DNA of 64,000 nucleotides from Patescibacteria group bacterium (GTDB taxonomy: Bacteria > Patescibacteriota > Patescibacteriia > UBA9934 > GWF2-40-263), in contig SCUM01000001.1 in the NCBI GenBank assembly GCA_004297215.1, positions 678,716-742,715 of the forward strand, written 5' to 3'. The notes under the pieces were generated by a model that saw only the letters and a program-made list of their open reading frames with translations, ran no database searches and was not told the DNA's origin. Positions within the stretch are counted from its first letter, which is position 1. Each line of letters opens with the position of its first letter. Shown piece by piece: positions 56,730 through 64,000 of this stretch. A program made the translations under genes and the position numbers.

Positions 56730-57110
56730 TCACGTCCGAATGATGCCGGAACGGGAGGCGGATTCGCCCTGTTCCGACCTGCCCAGCTCATACAACTGTT
56801 CCGCGCGCGCCGCGACCTTCTTTTCGATGAGCATCGCGATCGATTCCTCGGCGGCGCCGGCCCCGAGCTCCTTTACCGACTCCTCACGTTTGCGTGCCAG
56901 GAAATCCTCGTTCTTCTTCAAGGAATCGATATTGCTTTGCACGGCCATGAGCATCTCGGGATCCTGGATGACCGGGTTTCCCTCCACGCGACCCGGCGCC
57001 CCCTTCCCCTTCTTGAACTGCGGACTAAGCGTGTCCTCCCCCCGGCGGTTGATTCCCCACATAACGACGGTCTTATGAACAAAAATATCTTTACCCCCAT
57101 TTTCCTCCAT
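56730..57110 (-). CDS. Hypothetical protein.
   Basis: 126 aa. The reverse-strand frame is compositionally better than the overlapping plus-strand ORF. Confidence 0.4.
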   Translation of the reverse strand: MEENGGKDIFVHKTVVMWGINRRGEDTLSPQFKKGKGAPGRVEGNPVIQDPEMLMAVQSNIDSLKKNEDFLARKREESVKELGAGAAEESIAMLIEKKVAARAEQLYELGRSEQGESASRSGIIRT

Positions 57111-57173
57111 TGAAATCGTCCGTACAAGGCAAAAGCGACATGAAGGAGCGAAGCGTCGTATAATGGAGAGACT

Positions 57174-58100
57174 ATGGCAAAGCTCTCTCGGCTCATGACC
57201 GATTTCCTGGAATACCTGGAAGTGGAACGTGGAAGGAGCGCGCGCACCATCCGCAATTACGATTTTTACCTGCGCCGATTCGCGGGATGGTCGAAGAACG
57301 TGGATCCGTCGCGTATCACCAAGGAACAGGTGCGCCAGTACCGCTTGTGGTTGAATCGTGAATTGCCTGGACGCGAAGGCGGCGTCATAAAGAAGAACAC
57401 CCAGAACTATCATCTCATCGCGCTCCGGACGTTCCTCAAATATCTTTCTCGTCGCGACATCCCTTCCCTCGCCCCGGAGCAGATCGAGCTGTCAAAGCAA
57501 GCGGCGCGCGAGGTGGCGTTCCTTGAGACGGATGAACTGTCGCGCATGCTCGCGATTCCCCGTCAAGAGGCCGAAGGACTCATCGCCCTGCGCGATACGG
57601 CCATCCTCGAGATGCTGTTTTCCACCGGCTGCCGCGTGTCCGAGCTCGCGAGCCTCAAGATCGAGCAGGTAAACCTCAAGCGCGACGAGTTCACCGTGCG
57701 CGGCAAGGGCGACAAGCTGCGCGTGGTGTTCCTCTCTGACTCCGCCAAGGCCGCGCTCGCGGCCTATCTCGGCGCCCGCCGCGACCCCAGCCCGTCCCTG
57801 TTCGTGAGCCACGACCGCGCGAAAGGCGGCCGCGCCGAATCCGGCCCGCTCACGCCGCGCTCCATCCAGCGCCTCGTGGAGCGCTACGCCAAGGCCGCGG
57901 GGATCACGAAGAAGATCACCCCGCACACGCTGCGCCACACCTTCGCCACCGACCTGTTGCTCGGCGGCGCAGACATCCGCGCCGTGCAGTCCCTGCTCGG
58001 CCACGCCTCGATCACGACGACGCAGGTGTACACCCACATCACCAACAAGACGCTCAAGGACGTGCACAAGAGGTTCCATGGGAAATCGCGCGAGGGTTGA
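57174..58100 (+). CDS. Tyrosine site-specific recombinase, XerC/XerD family.
   Basis: C-terminal catalytic region HTLRHTFATDLLLGGADIRAVQSLLGHASITTTQVYTH. Confidence 0.85.
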   Translation: MAKLSRLMTDFLEYLEVERGRSARTIRNYDFYLRRFAGWSKNVDPSRITKEQVRQYRLWLNRELPGREGGVIKKNTQNYHLIALRTFLKYLSRRDIPSLAPEQIELSKQAAREVAFLETDELSRMLAIPRQEAEGLIALRDTAILEMLFSTGCRVSELASLKIEQVNLKRDEFTVRGKGDKLRVVFLSDSAKAALAAYLGARRDPSPSLFVSHDRAKGGRAESGPLTPRSIQRLVERYAKAAGITKKITPHTLRHTFATDLLLGGADIRAVQSLLGHASITTTQVYTHITNKTLKDVHKRFHGKSREG

Positions 58101-58444
58101 CGCGAAGCGCGCGCGAGGGTAGCATCGGCTTCGCCGCATGAAGCCAGGAGCCGCCATGTCCGTTTCCGACGACGCCCACGCCGACCTGCCCGTTCCTTCC
58201 TCCCCGCCCGCCCGCCACCCGCACGATTTCATCTCTCCGGTCATCCGTTCGCTCGACCCGGAGGCGATCCTTGCCCGGATGACCGAGGCGTTCGCGACCC
58301 CCGACACGTACCTCGAGCTCGAGACCCCTCCGTTCCTCCCAGGCCTGCGCGCCTGACGCTTCGCCGCGCGCCCTTCCTCCGGACGCGCGTTTTTCATTGC
58401 CAAGCGTTGACGGAGATGGAAAAATGCGAGAGGATCCGCCGTTC

Positions 58445-58521
58445 GCTCCCATAGCTCAACTGGATAGAGCAAGCGGCTTCTATCCGCTAGGTTGCAGGTT
58501 CGACTCCTGCTGGGAGTACCA
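58445..58521 (+). tRNA. tRNA-Arg (anticodon TCT).
   Basis: Hand-folded cloverleaf. Acceptor GCTCCCA/TGGGAGT, D-arm GCTC...GAGC, anticodon loop CTTCTAT, T-arm GCAGGTTCGACTCCTGC, CCA end. Confidence 0.8.
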
Positions 58522-58608
58522 CAAGGGCATCCGCATCGCCCCGAGCGAAGTCGAGGGGTTGACCTGCGGGTGTTTTTGTTGTTGGATGGCGTTTGCCAAG
58601 GAGGCGGC

Positions 58609-59127
58609 ATGCGACTCGTCCCCGTCCTTTTCCTCATGTTGTGCGGGTGTGTCCACGCACCCGACCCTCCAGTCGAAGACCCGCGCTGCGCGGGCGCCAA
58701 TGCCCGAGCCGCGCTTGAGCGCGCGAAGGCCGATCGCCGCCGCACGTTCGAGATCGCGGCCAAGGACGTGACCTCGGTCGCCGAGGAAGTCGGCCGGCTC
58801 GCGACGCGCGGCCTCAACGCGAAGAACGCGTCGCAGCGCCCGCTCACCGCGGAGCAGACGATGCAGGCCGACGGGAGGCTGCGCGGGGTGCGCGGCATCC
58901 TCTTGGCCGAGCACGACCATCTCCTCGACCTTGCCACGCACGCCTCTGACCCGTTCGACGGGAATGACGCGCGGTCGTCCTGCCGCGAGGTGGTCGCGAA
59001 AACGGATGCCGAGCTTTCGCAGACGCGTTCCGTGGTGCGAAGCGCGCTCCAGGAGTTCCAGATCGTCGCCGACGAGTACGGGCTCCCCGTGTCCATCCAG
59101 GTGGATTCCTCCTCCCCGGCCCGCTAG
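58609..59127 (+). CDS. Hypothetical lipoprotein.
   Basis: MRLVPVLFLMLCGC lipobox. GC3-rich frame. Confidence 0.5.
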   Translation: MRLVPVLFLMLCGCVHAPDPPVEDPRCAGANARAALERAKADRRRTFEIAAKDVTSVAEEVGRLATRGLNAKNASQRPLTAEQTMQADGRLRGVRGILLAEHDHLLDLATHASDPFDGNDARSSCREVVAKTDAELSQTRSVVRSALQEFQIVADEYGLPVSIQVDSSSPAR

Positions 59128-59194
59128 GGTCGGTTTTTCTTCGGGAAGGCCTTGAAAAAAAGCCTGTCGCGGTGTAGCATCGCGACACCTGCAT

Positions 59195-59270
59195 GGTGCC
59201 TATAGCACAACGGCTAGTGCACCGGGTTGTGGTCCCGGCTATGAGGGTTCGATTCCCTCTAGGCACCCCA
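59195..59270 (+). tRNA. tRNA-His (anticodon GTG) with the extra G at position -1.
   Basis: Hand-folded. Acceptor GTGCCTA/TAGGCAC, anticodon loop TTGTGGT, T-arm GAGGGTTCGATTCCCTC, discriminator C, CCA. Confidence 0.85.
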
Positions 59271-59343
59271 CGCAAAGGCGCTCCCGAAAGGGGACGTTTT
59301 TGCGTATACGAACCGAATGCTCTGTTGACACAATGGCGGCATC

Positions 59344-59907
59344 ATGGGTAATTACACGTGCAGTCTCCCTTTGAAATCGGAGGAACGCGTGGACATCGAA
59401 GAGAAGCTGCCGCCAGAGCAACGCGTCTGTACTCAACAGGTCCTCGTCCCGACCATCCGGGTGCAGTCGTTCGCGGCTCGCCGACCCGAGGAGGTGTTCG
59501 TCCAGTGGTTCGGATGTACGAGAGACGAGGATCTAGGCAAATGGCAGTTCCGATTCCCGGTCGGAGTGCCGGTGGATGACGTCCACTGGATGGGTCGTCC
59601 CGAAAACTTCGAGGTCATCTTTCTTGGCCCTGCCAAAGCTTGGCCCGAAGCCTCGGCTGTTCCGAAGGTTATTAAGACCCTGGGAAAGGGCGATCCCGAA
59701 CAGTGTGTCTTGTGGCTCACCTCGGCACATTATGGAACGCGCACGGAGAGCGGCGTCGGGCCTGCCTGCATGGCGTTCGCACTCCGGGTTTCCCTGGCAG
59801 ACGGCATTTACGGTGTGATCCAGCCCAAGCCGTACGCGGATCTTGAAGTGCTCACGCGCGTGAATGCAGACTTCAAACGGTCATCACGTTCGAATCATGA
59901 ACGATGA
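59344..59907 (+). CDS. Hypothetical protein.
   Basis: 187-aa ORF. Confidence 0.4.
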   Translation: MGNYTCSLPLKSEERVDIEEKLPPEQRVCTQQVLVPTIRVQSFAARRPEEVFVQWFGCTRDEDLGKWQFRFPVGVPVDDVHWMGRPENFEVIFLGPAKAWPEASAVPKVIKTLGKGDPEQCVLWLTSAHYGTRTESGVGPACMAFALRVSLADGIYGVIQPKPYADLEVLTRVNADFKRSSRSNHER

Positions 59908-60123
59908 CGATTCCTCCCCCGTCTTCACGGATGGGGGAGGTTTTTATTCTCAAACCCGAACCGCCAGTCTGCCATTCCTGGCCAAAACCGCTGTTCTAAC
60001 GTTTTCGCACAGCGCACCCCACGAAAAGACGTCCAGACGGGCGTTTTTTCGTTTCAGGCGTGACCATTCCTTTACATCCGCGTATCCGATGGTACGCTGC
60101 TCGCGCTGACGGTTCCTGATCGT

Positions 60124-61131
60124 ATGAAACGCCTGTTCCCCGCCCTGATCGCCTCCCTGCTGCTCGTCGGAGCCGGCTGCCTTTCGCTTTCCGACGGCCT
60201 CACGCCGCAGCCGCAGCCGGCCATCGAGCCGGTGGTCGGGCTGTTCGGGGCCGTGGAGGCGTATGACAGCGCCACGAGGATCATCACCCTCGTGTCCCCG
60301 GACGGGGGCGCGGACGAGGTGTTCGTGGTCCCGGGAACGAACGTGCCGGAGGAAGTGGTCGGCCGCCTCGTCACCGTTTCCGGCGAGCGCGACCTCACCA
60401 CGCGCCGAGTGACCGCGACCGGCTTGCAGCTCAATGACCTGCCGAACCTCGTGGTGACCTCCCCGCTGCTCGGATCCATCGTGACCTCCCCGCTGGTCGT
60501 GTTCGGGTTCGGGCGCACGTTCGAGCAGTCGTTTGCTTACCGTATCCGAGACGCGGCCAACAAGGTCGTGTTTGAGGGCCATGCGTTGACGGCCGCATCC
60601 GGCATGGGGATGTACGGGCCCTTCCGGACGGACATCATCCTGCCGGCGATGGCAGAGAAAGGCTTTTCCCTCGAAGTATTCCAGTTTTCGGCCAAAGACG
60701 GGACGGTCATCGACCTGGTCACGGTGCCGCTCACCCTGCTCACTACCGACACGACCGTCTTTGACGTCTTTTTCCCGAACCGCCTGAAAGGGTCGAACGC
60801 CGACTGCTCCCTCACCTTCCCGGTGTCGCGCACGGTGGCGAAGACCGCCGCCGTGGGGCGCGCCGCCATCGCCTCCCTGCTCTCGGGGCCCACGACGAGC
60901 GAACGCGCCCAGGGTTCCTTCACGAGCATCAACGCCGGCACGCAGCTGCGCTCGCTCTCCATCAACGACGGGACCGCCGTCGCGGATTTCAATGCGTATC
61001 TGAACGCGGCCGGTTCCTGCCGGGTCACGGCCATCCGCTCGCAGGTCGAGAACACCCTGCGGCAGTTCGATGCGGTGTCCGACGTGGTGATATCCGTGGA
61101 GGGGAAGGCGGACACGGCCTTGCAGCCGTAG
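60124..61131 (+). CDS. Lipoprotein with a GerMN-like C-terminal domain.
   Basis: Lipobox LLVGAGC. C-terminus AIASLLSGPTTSERAQGSFTSINAGTQLRSLSINDGTAVADF. Confidence 0.55.
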   Translation: MKRLFPALIASLLLVGAGCLSLSDGLTPQPQPAIEPVVGLFGAVEAYDSATRIITLVSPDGGADEVFVVPGTNVPEEVVGRLVTVSGERDLTTRRVTATGLQLNDLPNLVVTSPLLGSIVTSPLVVFGFGRTFEQSFAYRIRDAANKVVFEGHALTAASGMGMYGPFRTDIILPAMAEKGFSLEVFQFSAKDGTVIDLVTVPLTLLTTDTTVFDVFFPNRLKGSNADCSLTFPVSRTVAKTAAVGRAAIASLLSGPTTSERAQGSFTSINAGTQLRSLSINDGTAVADFNAYLNAAGSCRVTAIRSQVENTLRQFDAVSDVVISVEGKADTALQP

Positions 61132-61301
61132 CACGGGCCTTCTTGACGGGCCGCCGGGCCTCACGTAGAATCCGCGCTGCTCCTCAAAAAGCCGATCAGC
61201 CGATCGGCGGAGAAGCGACCGCTCCGTGACAATCCAAAAGAACTTTCTCCAAGATTCCGTCACGTGCGGCGTCCGAAAACCGCAGTGCACACGAGGTTCG
61301 C

Positions 61302-62624
61302 ATGAAGACCCAGCAGATCAACCCCAAGACCATCGTCGAATTCCCGGTCGTCAGCCTTTCGGCCAACGACCGCAAGAAGGCGCAGGCGAAGGGGCAGATT
61401 CCCAACGACGTCGACATCAAGGACCTGCAGGCGATCAAGACGCTGAAGGCCAAGATTCCGTACGGCGAGCTGAGCCACACCAACAAGAGCCACTACGCCC
61501 AGCTGCGGAAGAACACCAAGGGCACGACCGCCAAGGCCCCGCCCGAGCTCGCGTGGGCGGGCGGGAAGCTCGTCACCCAGGGATACCAGCCCTGCGGCGT
61601 CGACTGCACGGGCTACCGCGGCGACGGCTACAACGCCGTCCTCGCGGCGCTCAAGGCGTGCGACAGCATCGAGGCGTTCGCCAACGTGCTGATCGACCCG
61701 GTGCGCACGCACTCCTCGCCCGAGGGCAAGATGCCGGCGGTCGAGATCGTCGTCATCGACGGCTATCGCGAGAACTTCAAGAACGTGAAGGCGACGTTCA
61801 AGGGCGAGTTCTCGGGCGGCATCATCCGCAAGGCGCAGGGCCGCTCCGAGATGGAGCAAATCGGCGGGATCAACTTCATGGTCGTCACCCCGGACGGCCT
61901 CCAGGCGATCAGCGCCTCGAAGTTCCTGTCCGAGTACGCCGAGCAGGGCGGCGTGGTGTGGAACTTCCTGAGCTTCCTGATGGCGCAGGCCATCACGCTC
62001 GGCAAGCTCAACCCGAAGCTCGGCACGCAGCAGTTCGACTTCATCGGCCTCGACGACGAGCGGGCAACCTTCATGCTCAAGAACGCGAAGCCCGTCGGCA
62101 GCCCCGTGCAGAGCGCCTTCCCGAAGGCCAAGACCACCGACCACGCCGTCACCTCGCGCGGCATCGGTGAGCTCGTGCCGGGCACGAAGCTCGTGAAGAG
62201 CATCGGCTGGGACGGGCTCTACGCCGCGGCGAAGTCGGGCAACAACCCCGACTACGTCGACCAGAACCTGCCGTTCAACGTGGACGGCTTCGGCACGTCC
62301 ACGCGGCTGCACAACGGCCAGGAGGTCATCCTCGCCACGCCCAGCGAGGGGCAGAACCTCGCCGTGAGCCTGCCGGTGACCGCCACCGAGCGCGGCTTCG
62401 CCCTGGGGGCGCCGCAGAACGCGCTGCCCAACAACGAGCAGACCAAGCACCTCAAAGGGTGCGTGGCCATCCGCTCCGACGAGGGCGGCATGACCTGGCA
62501 GTTGACGCGCCAGAGCAACGACCGCACGGTGCACGACGTCCTGCGCCAGCCGCGGCAGAACATGACGCCGACGGAGCTCGCCTTCAGCAAGGCGACCGCC
62601 GGCGAGCAGCAGCACGCGGCCTGA
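61302..62624 (+). CDS. Hypothetical protein.
   Basis: 440 aa, GC3-rich. The antisense ORFs are Arg/Gly-rich artefacts. Confidence 0.55.
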   Translation: MKTQQINPKTIVEFPVVSLSANDRKKAQAKGQIPNDVDIKDLQAIKTLKAKIPYGELSHTNKSHYAQLRKNTKGTTAKAPPELAWAGGKLVTQGYQPCGVDCTGYRGDGYNAVLAALKACDSIEAFANVLIDPVRTHSSPEGKMPAVEIVVIDGYRENFKNVKATFKGEFSGGIIRKAQGRSEMEQIGGINFMVVTPDGLQAISASKFLSEYAEQGGVVWNFLSFLMAQAITLGKLNPKLGTQQFDFIGLDDERATFMLKNAKPVGSPVQSAFPKAKTTDHAVTSRGIGELVPGTKLVKSIGWDGLYAAAKSGNNPDYVDQNLPFNVDGFGTSTRLHNGQEVILATPSEGQNLAVSLPVTATERGFALGAPQNALPNNEQTKHLKGCVAIRSDEGGMTWQLTRQSNDRTVHDVLRQPRQNMTPTELAFSKATAGEQQHAA

Positions 62625-62812
62625 ACGACGGCGTCGATATCGACGCCGCAAGGGCCAACGCGCCCGCCGAAGCTCCATCCTGGAGCGACGGCGGGCCTTT
62701 TCTTTCTCTGTCCATTGACCGTTTCCCGTTCCTGTCGTATCTTTGCGCGACCCGACGCGAGGCATCCTGCCGCGCCGCCGGCCGCCCATTCCCACAAGGA
62801 GTACCGCATCCC

Positions 62813-63775
62813 ATGGCGTACCTGAAGCGTTCGATCCAGAACCCCGGCGAGCTGTTCGCCCTTCCCGACATCTTTCTGCGTGGCGACGCGTTCGCGGGGT
62901 TCCAGGTGGACCTCGCCCGCGAGAGCCGTTTCGAAGTCCTGCTGGACAAGGACCTGATCGCGCCTCGCACGGGCGCCGGGGCGGAGGCGCAGAGCCTGCT
63001 GCACCCGAGCCGCTACACGCACGTGCGCAGGATCATGCACGACCCGCTGCGGCGCATCGCCGTGGTGTCGTTCCACAAGAACGCCACGAACAATCCGATC
63101 GCTCGCGCGCTCGCTCCGAAGATCGCCGCCCTCCCCTTCGCAAACGGCTTCCTGAAGGGCGACCCGCTCAAGCGCACGGCGCTCACCCTCGCGGGCCGTA
63201 CGGGAAAGGGCGTGCCGTTCGCCGCGGTCGGCACCGCGCCGGCCGCGGAAATCAACCTCCCCGAGGGCTGGGCGCATGCCGAGTTCACGGCCACGCGCGA
63301 CGACCTGTTCGCCTTCCTGCCAGGCGGCAAGGCCTTGTGCGCCGCGTCGTTCGACCAGATGGAGAAGGCGCTCATCGCCGGCACCAAGGTCCGCTGGGAC
63401 CTCGCATACGAGTCGAGGTTTCCGATCATCTGGGCGAGCCGGCAGGTGGGCGACGGCATCGTGTTGGGCACCTTCGCCGCCGAACAGGCTCTCGTCGGCG
63501 GCCGCCTGATGTCCGCCCAGGGGTTGCGCCCCGTGCGCGGCGCGCACGGTCCTGCCAAGCTCACCCCCGTGGGACCCGCCATCGCCTCGGGCGGGCCGGA
63601 CGCGGTCGCGCTCGACGGGCTCACCATGAGCCCGGACGGCGCCACGCTGCGCGTCGCCTTCCGGAGCGTGAGCGAGAAGGAACAGGAGACCCCGCTCCCC
63701 GTCACGAAGGCATTCAAGGAGACGGACGCCCCCTGGCGCGGCCTCATCGAGTCGATGAACGCCTTGCCGCGATAG
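62813..63775 (+). CDS. Hypothetical protein.
   Basis: About 320 aa, GC3-rich. Start at MAYLKRS. Confidence 0.5.
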   Translation: MAYLKRSIQNPGELFALPDIFLRGDAFAGFQVDLARESRFEVLLDKDLIAPRTGAGAEAQSLLHPSRYTHVRRIMHDPLRRIAVVSFHKNATNNPIARALAPKIAALPFANGFLKGDPLKRTALTLAGRTGKGVPFAAVGTAPAAEINLPEGWAHAEFTATRDDLFAFLPGGKALCAASFDQMEKALIAGTKVRWDLAYESRFPIIWASRQVGDGIVLGTFAAEQALVGGRLMSAQGLRPVRGAHGPAKLTPVGPAIASGGPDAVALDGLTMSPDGATLRVAFRSVSEKEQETPLPVTKAFKETDAPWRGLIESMNALPR

Positions 63776-63927
63776 CTCCAACGCCCGTCCGGACGCCTGT
63801 CCGGACGGGTCTTTTCTTTTTCCCCCATTTTCGCAGGAAATTTCATTTCCTGCCCTCATTCGTTCGGACAAGGGCGATAGAGGAATCGCCCTTGTCACTC
63901 ACTCATTTCGGGCATAATATTCGCGCA

Positions 63928-64000
63928 TGAAATCCTTGAAGCAGGACACATTCCTGGTCATCGACGGCAATGCCCTTCTCCATCGGGCATGGCACGCGAT
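63928..64000 (+). CDS. polA: DNA polymerase I, N-terminal 5'-3' exonuclease domain start. Cut by the window edge.
   Basis: MKSLKQDTFLVIDGNALLHRAWHA matches the polA/FEN N-terminal signature. Confidence 0.55.

Noticed and set aside
57492-63898. Very long minus-strand ORFs (57492-59096, 59950-61290, 61260-62795, 62252-63898), up to 548 aa.
   Set aside because: They are Arg/Gly/Ala-rich translations typical of the antisense strand of high-GC genes. They overlap two hand-verified tRNAs and plus-strand genes with lipoboxes and strong GC3 bias.

Overview
The window splits into two compositionally distinct parts. Positions 1 to about 40070 are a roughly 50% GC temperate prophage or integrative element that runs off the left edge of the window. 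Positions from about 40070 to 64000 are roughly 65-70% GC host chromosome. At the right junction (about 40068) the host comM/yifB gene is cut inside its Walker B codons, so the element is integrated into comM. The left attachment site is not in the window.

The prophage, left to right:
- A mercuric-reductase-like gene (merA family) plus an ArsR/SmtB regulator, carried as cargo left of the integrase.
- A large serine recombinase (integrase).
- A CI-like repressor (HTH plus S24 peptidase) facing a divergent Cro-like HTH gene, with operator-like inverted repeats between them.
- An early and replication region: a protein with three FCS/TRASH-like zinc ribbons, RecT, an unusual fusion of a PD-(D/E)xK nuclease with an FtsK/SpoIIIE motor, a replication initiator HTH protein, a DnaC-like loader, RusA, a Dam-type N6-adenine methyltransferase and a ParB-like nuclease-domain protein.
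- A packaging and head module: small and large terminase, portal, scaffold and major capsid candidates.
- A tail and fibre region with no recognisable tube, sheath or tape-measure protein. It contains a 522-aa protein made of about 30 tandem 14-residue repeats and a 1074-aa protein with a ParB/Srx-like motif.
- A lysis cassette: holin, a cysteine-peptidase endolysin with a PG_binding_1 domain, and an SLT-like transglycosylase.
- A defence island at the right end: a C5 cytosine methyltransferase, a putative nuclease, a Z1-type P-loop NTPase and Vsr.

The prophage repeatedly uses one extended -10 promoter motif, and two late genes have their start codon buried in a conserved hairpin.

The host flank carries lspA, dksA, a structured roughly 410-nt intergenic RNA candidate with its own promoter and terminator, an AT-rich patch with two perfect DnaA boxes, a hypothetical secreted protein, pnp, an NYN-domain gene, rpsO, a DsbA-like gene, a TrmB-like regulator, a response regulator with a Cys-rich C-terminal domain, a livKHMGF-type branched-chain amino-acid ABC transporter, xerC/D, tRNA-Arg(TCT), tRNA-His(GTG), lipoproteins and the start of polA.

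Every functional call is inferred from motifs read by eye in the translations. No database search was possible.
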